A stretch of DNA of 64,000 bases from Mobula birostris (GCF_030028105.1 NC_092397.1:26050630-26114629), one strand, 5' to 3'. Counted from the first letter of the stretch, positions 1 through 12,729 are shown. Translations and numbers: made by a program. Notes: generated from the letters alone by a model not told the origin.

Positions 1-1529
1 GATGGTCTGCATCCCAGGGTACTGAAGGAGGTGGCTTTAGAAATCGTGGATGCATTGGTAATCATTTTCCAATGTTCTATAGATTCAGGATCAGTTCCTG
101 TGGATTGGAGGGTGGCTAATGTTGTCCCTATCTTCAAGAAGGGAAGAAGAGAGAAAACAGGGAATTATAGACCAGTTAGCCTGACGTCTGTGGTGGGAAA
201 GATGCTGGAGTCAATTATAAAAGATGAAATTACGACACATCTGGATAGCAGTAACAGGATCGGTCCGAGTCAGCATGGACATACAAAGGGGAAATCGTGT
301 GTGACTAATCTTCTGGAATTTTTTGAGGATGTATCTATGAAAATGGACAAGGGAGATCCAGTGGATGCAGTGTACCTGGACTTTCAGAAAGCCTTTCATA
401 AAGTCCCACAAAGGAGATTAGTGGGCAAAATTAGGGCATGTGGCATTGGGGGCAGAGTACTGACATGGATTGAAAATTGGCTGGCTGACAGAAAACAAAG
501 AGTGGCGATTAACGGGTCCCTTTCGGAATGACAGGCAGTGACCAGTGGGTTACCGCAGGGTTCAGTGATGGGACCGCAGCTGTTTACAATATATATTAAT
601 GATTTAGATGAGGGAATTATAAGTAACATTAGCAAATTTGCCGATGACACAAAGCTGGGTGGCAGTGTGAAATGTGAGGAGGATGTTATGAGAATGCAGG
701 GTGACTTGGACAGGCTGGTTGAGTGGGCAGATGCATGGCAGATGCAGTTTAATGTGGATAAATGTGAGGTTATCCACTTTGGTGGTAAGAACAGGAAGGC
801 AGATTATTATCTAAATGGAGTCAAGTTAGGAAAAGGGGAAGTACAACGAGATCGAGGTGTTCTTGTACATCAGTCACTGAAAGCAAGCATGCAAGTACAG
901 CAGGCAGTGAAGAAAGCTAATGGCATGCTGGCCTTCATAACAAGGGGAATTGAGTATAAGAGCAAAGAGGTCCTTCTGCAATTGTACAGGGTCCTGGTGA
1001 GACCACACCTGGAATACTGTGTGCAGATTTGGTCTCCAAATTTGAGGAAGGACATTCTTGCTATTGAGGGAGTGCAGCGTAGGTTCACAAGGTTAATTCT
1101 CGGGATGGCGATGTTGAAAGATTGGAGCGTCTGGGCTTGTATACTCTGGAATTTAGAACGCTGAAAGGGGATCTTATTGAAACATATAAGATTATTAAGG
1201 GATTGGACACGCTGGAGGCAGGAAGCATGTTCCTGCTGATGGGTGAGTCCAGAACCAGAGGCCACAGTTTAAGAATAAGGGGTAGGCCATTTAGACCGGA
1301 GTTGAGTGGTGGATATATGGAATGCCTGCCCCAGAAGGCTGTGGAGGCCAAGTCTCTGGATGCTTTCAAGAAAGAGATGGATAGAGTTCTTAACAATAGC
1401 GGAATCAAAGGTTATGGGGGTAAGGCAGGAACTGGATACTGATTGTGGATGATCAGCCATGATCACAGTGAATGGCGGTGCTGGCTCGACGGGTCGAATG
1501 GCCTACTCCTGCACCTATTGTCTATTGTA
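1..1529 (+). mobile_element. CR1-clade LINE, 3' part of ORF2 (RT) and 3' tail; disrupted
   Basis: ORFs 31-531, 538-1164 and 1122-1442 give NYRPVSLTSV, YLDFQKAF, PQGSVMGP, FADDTKL and RPHLEYCVQ; broken by a stop and a frameshift; ends in a CTATTGT repeat tail. Confidence 0.95.
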
Positions 1530-1994
1530 TGTTCCTGCTCGTTTAAACCCTTCCGTGCAGCTGGAGGGAATCTCCCCGTAAACATATTGTCTCCCCTCCA
1601 CCTTGGACCCGTCTCCCCTTCATTTCGAGAGTCCAATGATCCTTGTACCTGAAGCCCCCACCCACCTCACACCAGCTCCTCAGCCACACCTTTACCTGGG
1701 CTTTCGAAGGCGCCAGAAGCGCGGTCTATATATCTGGTTATGTATCCTGTTCCTGTATGTGACCGGTCTTTCATTTCCCTGGGGACTCAGTGGAACAAAT
1801 GTTCTAATGAATCAATCCTCTCATCACTGGAAGTGACTGCACCCTCGCCCACCAACTGCTGTGTGTGAGGGCGCTCGCACTGGTCATGGAGCCGGGAGGG
1901 ACAGACCGAGGTCCTCGGGGATTTGTAGAATGGAAAAGCACTTCCTATAATTTAAAGCAGGAGAATCAGCAAAAACCCAGAAACCGTTCAGTAT

Positions 1995-2570
<576 letters not shown>

Positions 2571-2964
2571 AAAACTCCCACTTCCTCCCGAGCACGAAAC
2601 AAACACCACCCACCGCCTCACGGACGGAGCCGTATCCACACACAAAATTTTGATTATTTTTTATCGATACATTCACCTGAGTTACATTTGCAACAGATTA
2701 ATCGGTTCCGCTTGAAATCAACCTGCGAACCTGCCTTTCCAGTCCGTGATTACAATAAAATCTCTTAATTCATTAAGGTCGATCTTAATCCTTTTATCCG
2801 TCTCGGACAGAAATAAGTTCACTCGTTTAGAGAAACGATTCCGTAATTATGCATTTAAATCTTAACTGAGGGATTTAGATATTAAATAAAAGTGAAATTG
2901 TATAATCCGTGATAGAATTAATTGCAAATAAAAATAATCAGGCAGTTGCTGGCTGCTCTGAAAT

Positions 2965-3182
2965 TGGCGGGCGATTTGAACTGTATCCCGCGCTAATCAC
3001 ATTGCATTCTGATTGGATGACCTCCGACCGCCAGTTAAGAGTTTCTCATTTGGCCCTTAATTGTTATTCGCCTTCAGCCTGCATGAAATGAGTCAACCAA
3101 TCGCAGAAACTAGATCCTTTAATAGACACCTGATGACGAGCCAATCAGAGGCGATGGGACAGTCCTTCTCAAACATTATATA
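2965..3182 (+). promoter_or_regulatory. H3 promoter: CDE/CHR-like element, two CCAAT boxes, TATA
   Basis: TGGCGG-gcga-TTTGAA at 2965-2980; CCAAT at 3097-3101 and 3141-3145; TATATA at ~3177-3182. Confidence 0.7.
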
Positions 3183-3247
3183 GTCACGTCCCTGAACCCG
3201 TTCCGTCTATATTGTTCCTGTATATCAGCCTGTGTTGTCGGTTCTGA

Positions 3248-3664
<417 letters not shown>

Positions 3665-3693
3665 ACCCAGCCTCCACACCCAGCACAAGAAAA

Positions 3694-3736
3694 GGCTCTT
3701 TTAAGAGCCACTACCACAGCAAAGGAAAGGGCTGTC
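3694..3736 (+). terminator. Histone 3' stem-loop and purine-rich downstream element (H3)
   Basis: GGCTCTTTTAAGAGCC at 3694-3709, then AAAGGAAAGGGCTG. Confidence 0.93.
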
Positions 3737-4407
3737 GCTTGCTGATCATTGTATTATTGTAGTGGCGATCTGCCCTCCTGATGGGGTTATTTGGTTTTGC
3801 ACTAACTGACCGCGATCATCAGCTGTTCTGTGCCGTCAGGTTGATTCAGCGAGGGAAAGGAGATGAACGCGCTCCCTCCCCGTCAGGGTCTCACCTGGCC
3901 CTTCATTTCTCCCACAAACCTGGCATGTACAGCTGCTGCGGCTGTTACCGTTTCGTTTGCTTTGGACATGTCCGGCTGTCCTTGCAGTGGGAGCATGTGG
4001 TCGCGCTGGGAACAGAGGGGGATTTCCGAGAGCGGTGATCCCAGGCAATAGTGGTTATTGTTTTTTTTTTAATTTGCTTTCCCTCTCTTGTACATATTTG
4101 ATGTTGGTGTTTTGTGTGAATAATCTTATGTAGTTTTGTGGCTGGTAACTGAATGAAGGTCAGTCGGCAATGTCACGGGATAGTTTATCATATATCTTCC
4201 CCCTGCAGTCCATCCCCAGAGACAGAGCCCTCTCAAGACGCCCCCTCCCCTCTCACATGGGTTTCAGCAGTTCCCAATCAACTCAGCAGAATCGGGCTTT
4301 GGGGTGTGAGGCGCGTAATCTCCGCTGGAGTCAGTGTCTCAGTCACTCTCTCCCGGCATGGGAGAAGGGACTGGGTTTACACCTACATCACATGTCTCAC
4401 AATCTCA

Positions 4408-4408
<1 letters not shown>

Positions 4409-4464
<56 letters not shown>
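4409..4464. repeat. Compound microsatellite (TC)n(AC)n
   Basis: Seen directly in sequence. Confidence 0.97.
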
Positions 4465-4467
<3 letters not shown>

Positions 4468-4612
4468 GAGTGAAACTCAGTGTTTCACTTCAAATCTGGG
4501 ACGTCACGGCGGCACCGAATGTCAGCGAAGTACCGGGAATATCGGGTTTTATGGGAGAAGTTCCCCCGGAAAACTAAGTCGGACCCGCAGCGGGAATCAC
4601 AATATTTATGAT

Positions 4613-4651
4613 CAGCTCTTTTCTGAGATGTGGGTGGCTCTGAGAAGAGCC
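4613..4651 (-). terminator. Histone 3' stem-loop and U7 HDE (H1)
   Basis: Minus strand GGCTCTTCTCAGAGCC (4636-4651), then ACCCA and GAAAAGAGCTG (4613-4623). Confidence 0.95.
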
Positions 4652-4688
4652 GTTGGGTTCAAACACACACAAATGGTGTATTCTCCAT

Positions 4689-5312
4689 TTACTTTTTGAC
4701 TGCTGTCTTCTTGGGCTTCGGCGCCGCTTTCTTGGCCGCTGATTTCTTCACTGAGACTTTCTTGGCCGCAGGTTTCTTCGCTGCCGCTTTCTTGGCCGCA
4801 GGTTTCTTCGCTGCCGCTTTCTTGGCCGCTGGTTTCTTCGCTGCCGCTTTCTTGGCTGCTGGTTTCTTCGCTGCCGCTTTCTTGGCTGCTGGTTTCTTCG
4901 CTGCCGCTTGCTTAGCCGCTGGTTTCTTGGCGCCAGACTTCCTGCTGGAAGATTTCTTTACCGATGGCTTGTTCGCTTTCTTCACTGTTTTCACGGCACT
5001 TTTTCCTTGACTGGATTTAAAGGATCCCGAAAGACCCGCGCCCTTGGTCTGAACCAAGGAGCCGCTTTCCACTCTCTTCCTGATGCACATCCTGATCTGG
5101 GCGCGACGTTTCCCCACATCGACACCACTGCTGGTCAAAGCCTTCATGATGGCCACAGCGGACATCCCCTTCCTATCGCGACAATCCGCCACAATCTTAT
5201 CGATTTGTTCGCCCAGCTTGGGACCGGCTGGTTTACACCGGGCAGCCGCCTTCTTCTTGGGAATCTTCTTTGCGGCTGGAGGAGCCGTTTCGGCGGGTGC
5301 TGTCTCGGTCAT
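4689..5312 (-). CDS. H1: Linker histone H1, divergent
   Basis: 207 aa; MTETAPA N-terminus, winged-helix end [17 protein letters not shown]-rich tail; stem-loop and H1 AC box present. Confidence 0.95.
   Translation of the reverse strand: MTETAPAETAPPAAKKIPKKKAAARCKPAGPKLGEQIDKIVADCRDRKGMSAVAIMKALTSSGVDVGKRRAQIRMCIRKRVESGSLVQTKGAGLSGSFKSSQGKSAVKTVKKANKPSVKKSSSRKSGAKKPAAKQAAAKKPAAKKAAAKKPAAKKAAAKKPAAKKAAAKKPAAKKAAAKKPAAKKVSVKKSAAKKAAPKPKKTAVKK
4750..4930 (-). repeat. 30-bp coding tandem repeat ([10 protein letters not shown]) x6 in the H1 tail
   Basis: GGTTTCTT recurs at 4771, 4801, 4831, 4861, 4891 and 4921. Confidence 0.95.
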
Positions 5313-5384
5313 GTCGGCAACTCTGGAAAATCCTTCTCACAATCAGACTGAATGAGAAATGAAGCGAAAGGCGGCGGCACAGAG

Positions 5385-5460
5385 CAATTTAAAGGCAGCG
5401 AGCGGACGGGGCGGAGACATCCTCCTGTCAGATCCCGGAGACTTCATTTTTCTGTGTTTC
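5385..5460 (-). promoter_or_regulatory. H1 promoter: TATA-like, GC box, AC (H1) box
   Basis: TTTAAA at ~5388-5393; GGGCGG at ~5409; minus-strand AAACACA at 5453-5459. Confidence 0.75.
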
Positions 5461-5877
5461 TCTCTCCTCAAAAACTCTCCGATTCCAATTAAAATCGGAC
5501 ATTCCGGAGACTCGGACTGGCCCCTGTCCGTCACTGAGGCCGCAAAGTTCGCTGGAAATAAAGTTTATTCAAGATTAAAGGCAGCTCTTTCTATTTTAAC
5601 CCGTTTCATTATTGCGCTGCCCGCGATCTCTCTCCCGATCAGTGACCTGTTCTCTGCTTTTGGACTGTAATACTAAAAGTAACGAAAACTTTGCGGTTTA
5701 TTCCAGCTTCGGGACTGAGTGGGAGAGTGAGGCGATTCCGTAACAGAGAATTTTTTTTCATTTTGTTTATCAGGCGCTGGGAAATCCTACGATATGTTCG
5801 GACTCACAAACACAGCAACAGTAGTCTAAACCGCCCGCCCCTTTTACACACTCTCTCTGACATAATGCTCCCAGCAA

Positions 5878-6018
5878 CACACACAGAAAATGCTGGTGAA
5901 CGCAGCAGGCCAGGCAGCATCTATAGGAAGAGGTACAGTCGACGTTTCGGGCCGGGACCCTTCGTCAGGACTCTGGTGCTAAATGTGGCCTGACTTGCTG
6001 GGTTCCTCCAGCATTTTG
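5878..6018 (-). mobile_element. Penelope-derived tail element with inverted arms
   Basis: Matches the tail of the Penelope-like element at 18327-18460; AAAATGCTGG...CCAGCATTTT arms. Confidence 0.75.
5937..5972 (-). ncRNA. Minimal type I hammerhead ribozyme motif (Penelope-associated)
   Basis: Minus strand AGTC-CTGACGA-a-GGG tcccgg CCC-GAAACGTC-GACT: core, stem II, palindromic ACGU helix III, GUC site, stem I AGUC/GACU. Confidence 0.7.
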
Positions 6019-6079
6019 GCCATCAAAATTAAACGACAGTTTCCATGTCATATAACACTGATAAATCTGATTCTGATCC

Positions 6080-7860
6080 CAAGGAATAGAGGACAAAGGA
6101 CATTGTCTGGCCAAATTCTCTGTGTAACTGAGAACCTCAGGTTCGGGAAACATCATTGGAAATCTTTTCTGCACTCTCCCCAGTTTAACCCCGTTTCCTA
6201 TAACGGTGACGAGAGCTGTACACAAATCAGCAAGTGTGGCCTCCGGTCACTTACACAACTCTATCATAATGTCCGAACTGATATACTCAATCCCCTGACT
6301 AATGAAGACCAGCATGTTACGTTCTGCATCACCCTGTCTACCAGTGATATCTCTTTCAATGACCCGTGTGTGCACTTTACCCCTAAATCTCTCCAGTCCA
6401 TTCCACTCCCTAATGACCTATCGTTCACAGTGTAAGTTGATTTAGGCCAGTTAGAAGAGTGGGCTGAAAGAACGCAGATGGAGTTTAATGTTCATAAATG
6501 TGAGGTGCTATATTTTGTTTGGACTAATCAAAATATGACATACATGGTAAATAGTAGAGCATTGAAGAATGCAGTAGAACAGAGGGATCGAGAAATAATG
6601 GTGCATAGTTCCCTGAAGGTGGAATCTCATGTTGATAGGGTGGTGAAGAAAGCTTTTGGTATGCTGGCCTTTATAAATCAGAGCATTGAGTATAGGAGTT
6701 GGTATATAATGTTGTAATTGTACAAGGCATTGGTAAGGCCAAATTTAGAGTATTGTGTACAGTTCTGGTCACCGAATTATAGGAAAGATGTCAAAAAAAT
6801 TGAGAGAGTACAGAGAAGATTTACTAGAATGTTACCTGGGTTTCATCTCCTAAGTTACAGAGAAAGGTTGAACAAGTTGGGTCTTTATTCTTTGGAGCGT
6901 AGAAGGTTGAGGGGGGACTTGATAGAGGTATTTAAAATTATGAGGGGGATAGATAGAGTTGATGTGGATAGGCCTTTTCCATTGACAGTGGGAGAGATTC
7001 AAACAAGAGGACATGAGTTGAGAGTTAAAGGGCAAAAGTTTAGGGGTAACATGACGGGGAACTTGTTTACTCAGAGAGTGGTAGCTCTGTGGAGTGAGCT
7101 TCCAGCAAAAGTGGTTGAGGCAGGTTCGATGTTGTCATTTAATGTTAAATTCAATAGCTATATGGACAGGAAAGGAATGGAGGGTTATGGGCTGAGTGCA
7201 GGTTGGTGGGACAGGGTGAGAGTAAGAGTTTGGCACAGACTAGAAGGACGGAGATGGCCTGTTTCTGTGCTGTAATTGTTATATGGTTATAAGTTCTACA
7301 CTGGTTTGACTTTCCAATATGCACCGCCTCACACTTAACTGTATTGAAGTACATTTGCCACGCTGTGGCCCTCTTCCCGAAATGATCACGGTCCCCCTGT
7401 AATCTGCGACAATCTTCTTCGCTATCAAGAACATTTGCTGATCATATGTAAATCAAATATACAAATAACAAATGCCGAGGCTCCAAACTCTGGCCCCTGC
7501 GGCTCACCGCTAATCACCAGCCTCCATTCTGTGAAACAACCTTCAAGCACAACCCTCTGCTTCCTACCACCAAGACAACTTTGAATCCAGCTGACTCGCT
7601 CACCCTGGATACAGTGGGGCCTAACCTTCCAGACCAGGCTGCCATGTGACACTTTCTCCAAGGTCCATATAATATCACATCTACCTTTTTACCCTCCTGC
7701 ATCTTCAAAAACTCAGAGATTCTCCAACCACAACTCCCTGTGCACAAAGCCCTTATGACACCTAATTCGCTATTCAAATGCTGGTACATCGTGACTCAGA
7801 ATCCTCCCCAGTAGCTTCCCCACTACTGATGTCAGACTGACCTGCATGTAGTTCCCGGCT
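6080..7860 (-). mobile_element. Old CR1 fragment interrupted by a younger CR1
   Basis: Degenerate RT motifs on the minus strand on both sides of 6439-7290 (KLGRVQKRF; KVSHGSLVWKV...KQRVVLEG). Confidence 0.7.
6439..7290 (+). mobile_element. 5'-truncated CR1 LINE
   Basis: MEFNVHKCEVL, RPNLEYCVQFWSP and RRRLRGDLIEV; possible TAAGTT duplication at 6433-6438 / 7290-7295. Confidence 0.9.
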
Positions 7861-8859
7861 TGTCCTTGCAAATAATGGAAAAACATTCGCCTCTTTCCAT
7901 TCTCCAGGACTTTCATCAGTGGTTTCTACCTCCTGTGAAGTAATTGCTCAGGTCCGGAGGATTTATCCCCCACCTAATGCATTGTATGGCCCTCCATTCT
8001 CTACACATCCACGTACCTATCTGGGAGACTCTTGGATGCCTGTATTGTTCATCAGGCAAGGTGGTGCTGGCGATACACGGTGACATCGTGAGGGCAGCTC
8101 ACAAAACATGTAGATACACTTCTTCTGAACTACTATCACTGCAAACTGCAGCCTGTAATTTCCATTTAAAGACATGTACTTATAAACCATTTGAAGAAAT
8201 GAGCAATTTTCTGAGCTCTTTGTTGTCTCTGCAAACTTGACTCTTAGAAATGCAGGTATGGCACCTTGAAGTTCGAAGTTCAAATTCCAAAGTAAATGTT
8301 TTATCAAAATACTGAACATATATGTCACCATGTACAAACCTGACATTTGTTTTCCTGTGGGCATAGTCAGTCAATCCAAGAAACTAACAGAATCAATGAA
8401 AGACTGCACTCAACGAGATGGACAATCAACCAATGTGCAAATGACAACAAACTGTGCAAACACCAAAGGAAAAAAATCAGAAATAACAATAATAACTTAA
8501 TAAGGAATAAACATCGAGAACATGAGATGAAAAGTCAGTGAAAGCAATTCCATAGATAGTGGGAACAGTTCAATGTTGGGATGAGTAAAGTTGAGTGAAG
8601 TTATCCCAACATATTCACATGCCTTTTGTACACTGGCCGTGATCAGTGAATGTGGTTATTATCAGAATCAAAATCAAGTTTATTAATACGAATATATGTC
8701 ATGAACTTTGTTGTCTTGCTACAGCAGTACACTGCAATTTATTAAAAAAAACAGTTAAAATAAGAACTATACATTAAACTAAACAGTGTAAAAAGAGGAT
8801 CAGGGAGGGGTGTGAGCCCGAAGATGAGAATGGGAAACATGATACCTGATCCATTCTTG

Positions 8860-10320
8860 CCTCTTTTACTCTTTTCATGTCTGAAAAATAAAACTTTTAG
8901 TATCTTCTTTTATATCATTTCCCAGCTTACTTTCGCAATTCATCTGTTCTCTCCAGGTTGCTATTGTAGTTGTCTTCTGTTGTTTTCTTAAGTTTCCTAA
9001 TCCATTAATTTTTGTGTTATTGTATGCCCTCTCATGTTCTTTTATGCTGCCTTTGTCTTCTGTTGTTAGTGATATTTGCCTCATCCTCCCTTTCAAATAT
9101 TGTTTCTGCTGAGGGATGAACTGACCCTGCATCTGTCAAATTACTCCTGGAAACTCAAGTTTTTCATACAAAGTTAATCTGCTTAATACTGGGGAAGTCA
9201 AAATGCCCAACTGCTGTAAGCCTGTTCCCATTACCCCTCTGTGTGACTTACCAACACGTCTGGTCCATAATATCTCACCCTATCGGGAGACTGGCAGTAT
9301 AATCCCATCAAAATTATCATACATCATTTTATTTAAAACCTCTACTTACAAGACCTTATCAAAACCCTCACTTATTACTGCAGTGTTGGTCTCCTTAATC
9401 AAAGATGCAACACCTCCCACACCTGAGTCTGAGAGAAGTGAAATGTCTTTGAAGCATGATAACTGTGTCCTTGTTGACAACTTCCATGTTCAATATGTAC
9501 ACCAGCATCTGTGTGGCAAAACCATGACCCTCAGGTACACTTTAAATATTTCCCCTTCACCTTAAAAAATTATCCTGTAGTTTTACACTCCCCTACCTTC
9601 ACACATAGACTGGTCACCCAATGATTTTATAAACCTCTGAACGGTCACAGCTTCTTATCATCTAGGGAGAGAAAGAGAGTCCCAGCCTTTCCAAGCTTCT
9701 GCTGATAATTCAAGGCCTCCAGTGTCAGTGACATCCTCATTGAACTTCCCTCCACACTGTCCAGCTTTGTGACATCCTTCCTGCAACTGGGTGAGCAGAA
9801 CTGTGCACAATACAGTGTGGTCTCACTTTGACTTTTACAGTTGCCATATGACATCCCAAATTCTCTACTCAATTCCCTGACCAATGAAGACAAATAGGAC
9901 AAACACCATCTTCACCATCCTGACTACCTGTGTTGTCACTTTCAGTGAATGATGTTCCTGTATTCCATGGTCTTTCTGTTCTGTAATACTCTCCAAGGGA
10001 CAATAATTTACTGTGCAGGTCCTTCCCTGGTTGAACTTCTCATAATGCAACACCTCAGCCTTGTCCATGTCAACATCCTTCTGCCATTCTTTGGCCAACT
10101 TCCCCAGTTCATCTCGATCCCATTGTACTCTCAGATAATCTTCACTGTCCACTCTACCACCAATGTTGTTGTCACCTGCAAACTCACTAATCACTTTAAC
10201 AACAATGACAGGGAAATTTTTAACATACATGACAAATGACAGTACCAGCACCGATCCCTGTGAATGTGACTGGTCAGAGGCCTCCAACCTGAATAACAAG
10301 CTGCCACGACCACCCTCTGT
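8860..10320 (-). mobile_element. Degenerate CR1 ORF2 fragments
   Basis: SQGSVL, EFAGDNNIGG and YCAQFCSP remnants in the ORF track. Confidence 0.7.
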
Positions 10321-10939
10321 CTCCTTCCACCAAATCAATTTTGTGACGCTGATGTTAGGTAGTGTTGATAGTCCAGTTGGAAATCAGTTAGTGGAGAGGA
10401 GGAAGCTGCTCCTAAAACATTACGTGTGTGTTCAGGTTCCTGTACCTCTTCTCCAATGGTAATAATAAAAAGGGGGCACATCCTGGATGGTCCAGAGAGC
10501 AGAGCAGATACAGACCTGACATGGGAGGTTTGAAGGGGAAAGTGAATCCATTTCATGGGACTGGTGAAGCAGATTGACTTGGAGAATTGATCAACAGGAG
10601 ACATGGCCTTTCAGGAGAGCAGCAGCAGCCGGGTCTGTGATTCTGATGTACGGCAGGGGAGGGTGGAGACAAAGAGATCTGTAATCACTGGATTACTCCT
10701 GATGCCAAGTGCTGGTAAGGACAGGGCAGGTGGATGTGAGGATGAGGAGCTGGTACAGGAGAACAGGTTCAGGTTTCCAGCCACTGGGATCTCTGCTGGG
10801 GCAGAGGTGACCTGTAGAAGTGGGACAGGCTGCACTTGAACCAGCCGGGTCAAATATGGGCAGATTTGTTAATGTGTCGCAGGAGGATTGAAATGATTCA
10901 TCAGTGGGTTGGCAACCAAAATAGTGGTGTGGCAGATGA

Positions 10940-11205
10940 TAGCCCTTTACTCTGCCATGATAGTGGCTCCTAAAAGAGCCTTTTGTTGTGTTTAGTGCCA
11001 GGGCTGGGTTCAGGCGGGCTCCCCGCAGAAGCACCGAGCCAGCTGGATGGTAACTTACTCAGCGTGGATGGCGCACAGGTTAGTGTCCTCGAAGAGCCCC
11101 ACCAGGTAAGCCTCGCTCGCCTCCTGCAGGGCCATGACGGCCGAGCTCTGGAAACACAGATGGGTTTCGAAGTGCTGAGCGATCTCCCACACCAGGTGCT
11201 GGAAA
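10940..11205 (-). pseudogene. H3: H3 3'-half pseudogene with retained stem-loop
   Basis: [63 protein letters not shown] (stop at 11010-11012); internal TAA, MPKDI deleted; stem-loop GGCTCTTTTAGGAGCC at 10965-10980. Confidence 0.93.
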
Positions 11206-11930
11206 GCCGAGGATCCAGCTGCACAAGGAGGGACAGAGGCCTCGGTTCTGTAGCTATTTTATCAGGACGAGGAATGATGGTGTTAAATGCTGGGCTCTAG
11301 TCAATAAACAGCATCCTGACATAGGTATTTGTATTGCCCAGGTGCTCCAGTGCTGTGTGGAGAGCCACTGAGATCACATCTACCGCAAACATATTGTGGC
11401 GAGAGGCAAATTGCAGTGGGTCCCGGTCCTTCCTGGGACAGGTGTTCATTCTATCCACGACCAACCTCTCAAAGCATTTCATAACCGGAGATGTGAGTGC
11501 GACTGGACAATAGTCGTTAAGGCAGCTCACACTGACCTTCTTGGGTTCCGGAGCAGTTGTTGCCCTTTTGAAGCAGGTCAGAACTTCTGACTGCAGCAGT
11601 GAGGGATTGAAAATGTCTTTGACCACTTCCAGCAGTTGGTAGGCACAGGTTTTCAGAGCCTTACCAGGTACTCCAGTGGGCCCTGCTGCCCGGCGAGGGT
11701 TCAGCCTCTTGAAAGACAGCCTGATGTCGGCCTCCAAGACAGAGATCACAGGGTCATCAGGCGCTGCACGTATCCTCATAGCTGTGGCTTTATTCTTCCT
11801 CTGAAAGTGAGCATAAAAGGGGTTGAGCTGGTCTGGTTGTGAAGCCTCACTGCCATTCATGATGTTGGGTTTGCTTTGTAGGAAGTAATGGCTGCAACCC
11901 CTGCCAGAGTTGACGTGCATCTGATGCAGG
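11206..11930 (-). mobile_element. Rex1/Babar-like LINE RT fragment
   Basis: LNPRRAAGPTGVPG, CLNDYCPVALTSPVMKCFERLV, DPLQFA and YVRMLFID. Confidence 0.85.
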
Positions 11931-11995
11931 GAACGTCTGGAATTCTTTAGCCGGTGGGCATGAGGTCTGGATGAATGGACGGGTTTAAAGAGGAA

Positions 11996-12080
11996 GGGGT
12001 GGCACAGGAGCATCATGGTCAGCGCAGTGGTGACAGTACCAGCGACCTGGGTTTAATTCCCACCGTTGTCTGTCAGGAGA
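11996..12080 (+). mobile_element. tRNA-derived SINE head fragment
   Basis: Degenerate A-box (TGGTCAGCGC) and B-box (GGTTTAATTCC); no full cloverleaf. Confidence 0.5.
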
Positions 12081-12234
12081 GCGGTTCACATCTGGAATTC
12101 ACTGCCTGCAGGGGTTGTGGGAATAAACAAACAGAATGTTCAAAGCCGAATTTGTCAGATCTTGCAGAGTCAGGTATACTGGTTCCAAACCCTCCCCTCA
12201 CCTCCCAGCAATGTTTAAAGTCCATGGTAGACAA

Positions 12235-12360
12235 GGTTAGTTTGTGTGATAAAGACACTCTTCAGTAAAAACACTGACACTGTATTTCAAACACACTGAG
12301 CTGCCAGAGCACAGCACTGGCCGTGAGGACACAGACCAGTACAGCACACAGCTCTCTAAA
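12235..12360 (-). repeat. Conserved block shared with 50710-50845
   Basis: AAACACTGACACTGTAT...CACACTGAGCTGCCAGAGCACAGCAC...GTGAGGACACAGACCAGTACA present at both sites in the same orientation. Confidence 0.85.
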
Positions 12361-12400
12361 TAAAACACAATACTGACAGCCCAGAGCTGGACAACCCAGC

Positions 12401-12729
12401 ATTTCACTGTAACTCTGACCTATAAACATCATTACCCCATCTACAGTATTTCACTGTAACTCTGACCTATAAACATCATTACCCCATCTACAGTATTTCA
12501 CTGTAACTCTGACCTATAAACATCATTACCCCATCTACAGTATTTCACTGTAACTCTGACCTATAAACATCATTACCCCATCTACAGTATTTCACTGTAA
12601 CTCTGACCTATAAACATCATTACCCCATCTACAGTATTTCACTGTAACTCTGACCTATAAACATCATTACTCCATCTACAGTATTTCACTGTAACTCTGA
12701 CCTATAAACATCATTACCTCATCTACAGT
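12401..12729. repeat. 47-bp minisatellite, 7 near-perfect copies
   Basis: Unit ATTTCACTGTAACTCTGACCTATAAACATCATTACCCCATCTACAGT starting at 12401, 12448 ... 12683. Confidence 0.97.

Noticed and set aside
11996-12080. tRNA gene
   Set aside because: Only degenerate A/B boxes, consistent with a SINE head
12401-12729. CRISPR-like array (also 25631-25890 and 31843-32520)
   Set aside because: Head-to-tail repeats without unique spacers, no cas genes, eukaryotic context
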